Below, piece after piece: positions 61,201-64,000 of a stretch of DNA of 64,000 nucleotides. The DNA lies in the NCBI GenBank assembly GCA_009103225.1, contig RHPI01000277.1, positions 518,074 through 582,073 on the forward strand, given 5' to 3'. Each line of letters begins with the position of its first letter. Position 1 is the stretch's first letter. The notes below the pieces were generated by a model that did no database searches, had not been told where the DNA came from, and saw only the letters and a program-made list of their open reading frames with translations. This DNA comes from Chlorokybus atmophyticus (lineage: Eukaryota > Plantae > Mesostigma and Chlorokybus algae). A program made the translations under genes and the position numbers.

Positions 61201-64000
61201 AAGTCACATCACATTCATCTATTACAAGTTGTCCGCTGGTTCTTATACCAGCCAGTTACACACACGTCTACGTTTGCAAGCACTGCGTAAGCTGTACTCA
61301 GCCTTTTGACGCGCTCTAAGCTGTGTTGTCTTTCTTACAATCAGAGCTTTCCAACAAGCACTTACACGCCTAATATGAGTAAGTATACGCGGAGATACAA
61401 AGCAGTTAGCAAGGCTCCAGTCTGGAGTCCGTAGGCTGGTCCGACGACGCCATCTTGCTAAGTCCGGACCTAGTGCTCATCCTTACGACCTTCTACTCCT
61501 GTGTGGAGGGTCGATGCTGATTGTATGTAGGAATGACTCTCAACAGAGACCAGAGTTGAGTACTCTTCGGTGCACTCCTTTTGGTAGTGCCCATGCCGTC
61601 CACAGCAATGACACAGCACAGGGGCAGGCAAAGCAGTATGCGCTGACCGTTTCCCTTTGTCGCATGCTGGTGGAGCGTCCCGGCCACGTTCGCGACGAGG
61701 AGAATCGACGGTCGTGCTGGCTACAGGCCGTGAGGTGCTGCGGTTGGTGTCGAGCACTGCCTTCTTATACACCAAGCACTTATGGATGGCTTGTGCAGTC
61801 TCAAAAGCTTCCTTGAGCGTGTAGCCAAGGGGCCTGCTGTAGTTCAGGGTCAGGCGCGTCAACTCGCTCAGGCTTGCATCCAACTCATTGACATATACCA
61901 CTGCAGCCGCCTCGTCACTGACGATATTGTAGTCAGTGTCCTTCAATAGCCCTTCCAGTCTGGAGTACAGGCGTAGAGGGTCCTCATTGGGCTTGTGTCG
62001 GAACCGCCTCAACTCCTCCAATTTGCTAGTGGTCTGCGGTGGGAAGGTGCGACGAAGTGCAGTATAGATCCTTGAGTGGAGAGTCAGAGATGGCAGCACC
62101 TACAATGATGGTTGGTGCGCGCAGTGCAACTGACCCGAGGGTGAAAGCACTGCCTCCCGCACGAGAGCCAGGTGTTGCCAAAGGTAGGGGTGTGCCCACC
62201 TCAATTGCTGCTGTTCGTTGTTCCTCAAAGATTGCAGCAGAACGGTCCAGGATCCGGGCCCGCCGCGCGGCCGTCTTGATCTCAATCTCTGCAGGGGTCA
62301 GGTTGGCAATCACCAACTCAGGTTCCTCCTCCTCTGCTCTGTCGGTGGCTGCCGCTATAGACAACCCGGTGACTGCAGCGGGAGTGGCAGGTGGAAAGAC
62401 GGCTGCTGGACTGTGCCGTGACGCAGATGCTATGGTACTGGCAAGCTCGCCATAGCCATCAACTCGATGCAGTTAAGCAACAGACTTCCAGACATCATGT
62501 GCCTCATGGTCCATATACTGAGCAGCAATGTGAAAGAAATCTCATCTGACCAGTCTTTGTTCTTCAGAGCCTGCTGTCGCATCTTGGAGTGGAACTTGAT
62601 GATGATTTGGTCCAGCGAGGTAGTGCCAGCACATCCGGAGAAACGCAGGGACATGGTTGAGCTAAAAGACTCCATCTCGTAGTCGTCACTGTCGGACGAG
62701 AGTGGGGAAGCTTGATGCCGAGGAGTGGACAGGAACGGAGTGAAGTCGGAGACAGAACGCGAGCCTCTGCTGCTACGATCGTTGCTCCCGTCACTGGTCC
62801 ATCGTAGGTGAGGTTGGAGGTTGGGCTTCAGCTGCTGAGGTCACCTTCGTATGGGAGAGAACGGGGTGGGCCTGCTCATACAGCTAGTCCAAAGGTGAAA
62901 GTGTATGCAGGGTAGAGTGTTTGTGCTTTATCGCCTGTCTCAATGCCGCTACCACTCACCACTAGTGCTTGTGTGCGCACTATGTAATGATAGTGATAAC
63001 GAACCGCACAGGGATGTGTCCCCAGATACAGACTGCACTATCTGATTCAAAATGCAACGCACTCACTTGAGCAAAGAGGGTGACACTGTGAGTCAACAAG
63101 CCACTACTATAGGTAGTGCTGTTTACACAGTTCTTTGCATGAGCGGAAAATGTGTTACACTATTAAGTGAGGTGAATGAGTAAGCAACACGTGGATACTA
63201 TGCCCTGATTGATGCCAACAAACACGTTGCAACCATGCACACCAAGCTCACAGCGATTACAAGCACGATGCACACACAAGCATGCACAGGCTCTCACACA
63301 ATGAGGGGTTTTTTAGTAACCGGGATGGCGTGTTCGCAGTTCAAGTTGTTGCACAAGCTCTTAGCTTTCTCACTCATAATGTCACCAGCTGATCCGGTGA
63401 ACACTGTGACTACTTATACAAGTCAAATTATGACTGTTCAAAACATAAGTTAACGTTCATATCGAGGCTATTTCCACAGCGATTGTCACTCGATATAGAA
63501 CACAACTTATAACTGAACTCACAACTTAAGCTAACGGTCATATCGAGGCTATTTCCACAGCAATTGTCACTCGATATAGAACACAACTTATAACTCAACT
63601 CACAACTGAACAGCTACGCGCGGTGCCTAGGTAGGCTATGGTCGTGAGCTACTCTTGGGTCATGACCTAGCTACTGGACAGTGACGCGCGCGCGCTGGTA
63701 TGCTGGTAGGCCGGGCGATGGTTTTGATGTAGCCATGCTTGATAAAGGCTGGTATGCGTGGGCAGTAGGCATGACAGAGGGGATGGCAATAACTTGCAGC
63801 AAAGAGGCGAGTGAGTATAAAGTTACCATATAGATTGAGTGTATTACAGTGTATAATGGTATTGTACAAGGAGGATGCATAACTTATAGGTTAATAAGCT
63901 AAAGCTCAGAAGCTAATTAACAAATATGCCATAATAGCAGGCAAACTCTACAACAAGGCAAGGGCGTAGCTCACCATAGTTCACTAAATCCTCATATGTG
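58227..64000. repeat. 5.8-kb direct duplicate of 50165-55938 (offset 8062 bp)
   Basis: The ORF track repeats exactly at +8062 and the sequence appears identical. It includes host flank beyond the element end (63777-64000). Confidence 0.95.

Overview
Intron-rich eukaryotic nuclear DNA from a green plant-lineage alga. The gene set (group-F bZIP, NFXL2-like, BZR/BES domain, GAT1_2.1-like, plant-type VDE, plus vasohibin) suggests an early-diverging, flagellate-stage streptophyte alga; this is an inference. Bases 1-35.5 kb are a compact gene block: F-bZIP(+), NFXL(-), plastid IF3(+), BZR/BES1-domain TF(-), class I glutamine amidotransferase/peptidase C26(+), vasohibin(+), violaxanthin de-epoxidase(-) and PI4-kinase alpha(+). 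Bases 37.4-55.7 kb are a three-level retroelement nest. (1) The outer element is a decayed Ty3/Gypsy-type element (- strand) with a C5-cytosine methyltransferase and a PHD finger. Its ends are not two LTRs but split direct repeats (A1-ORFs-B1-A2-B2), with TGTC...GACA termini, a 4-bp TSD and a palindromic internal end-to-end junction. (2) A chromovirus with in-frame UGA-CGG gag-pol and a possible degenerate adenine-methylase-like domain is inserted in the RT of element 1. (3) A 530-bp TRIM whose LTR-PBS-internal junction forms a tRNA-type Pol III promoter is inserted in the 3' LTR of element 2. Bases 58227-64000 repeat 50165-55938 after a single N and are probably an assembly overlap. All alignments were done by eye.
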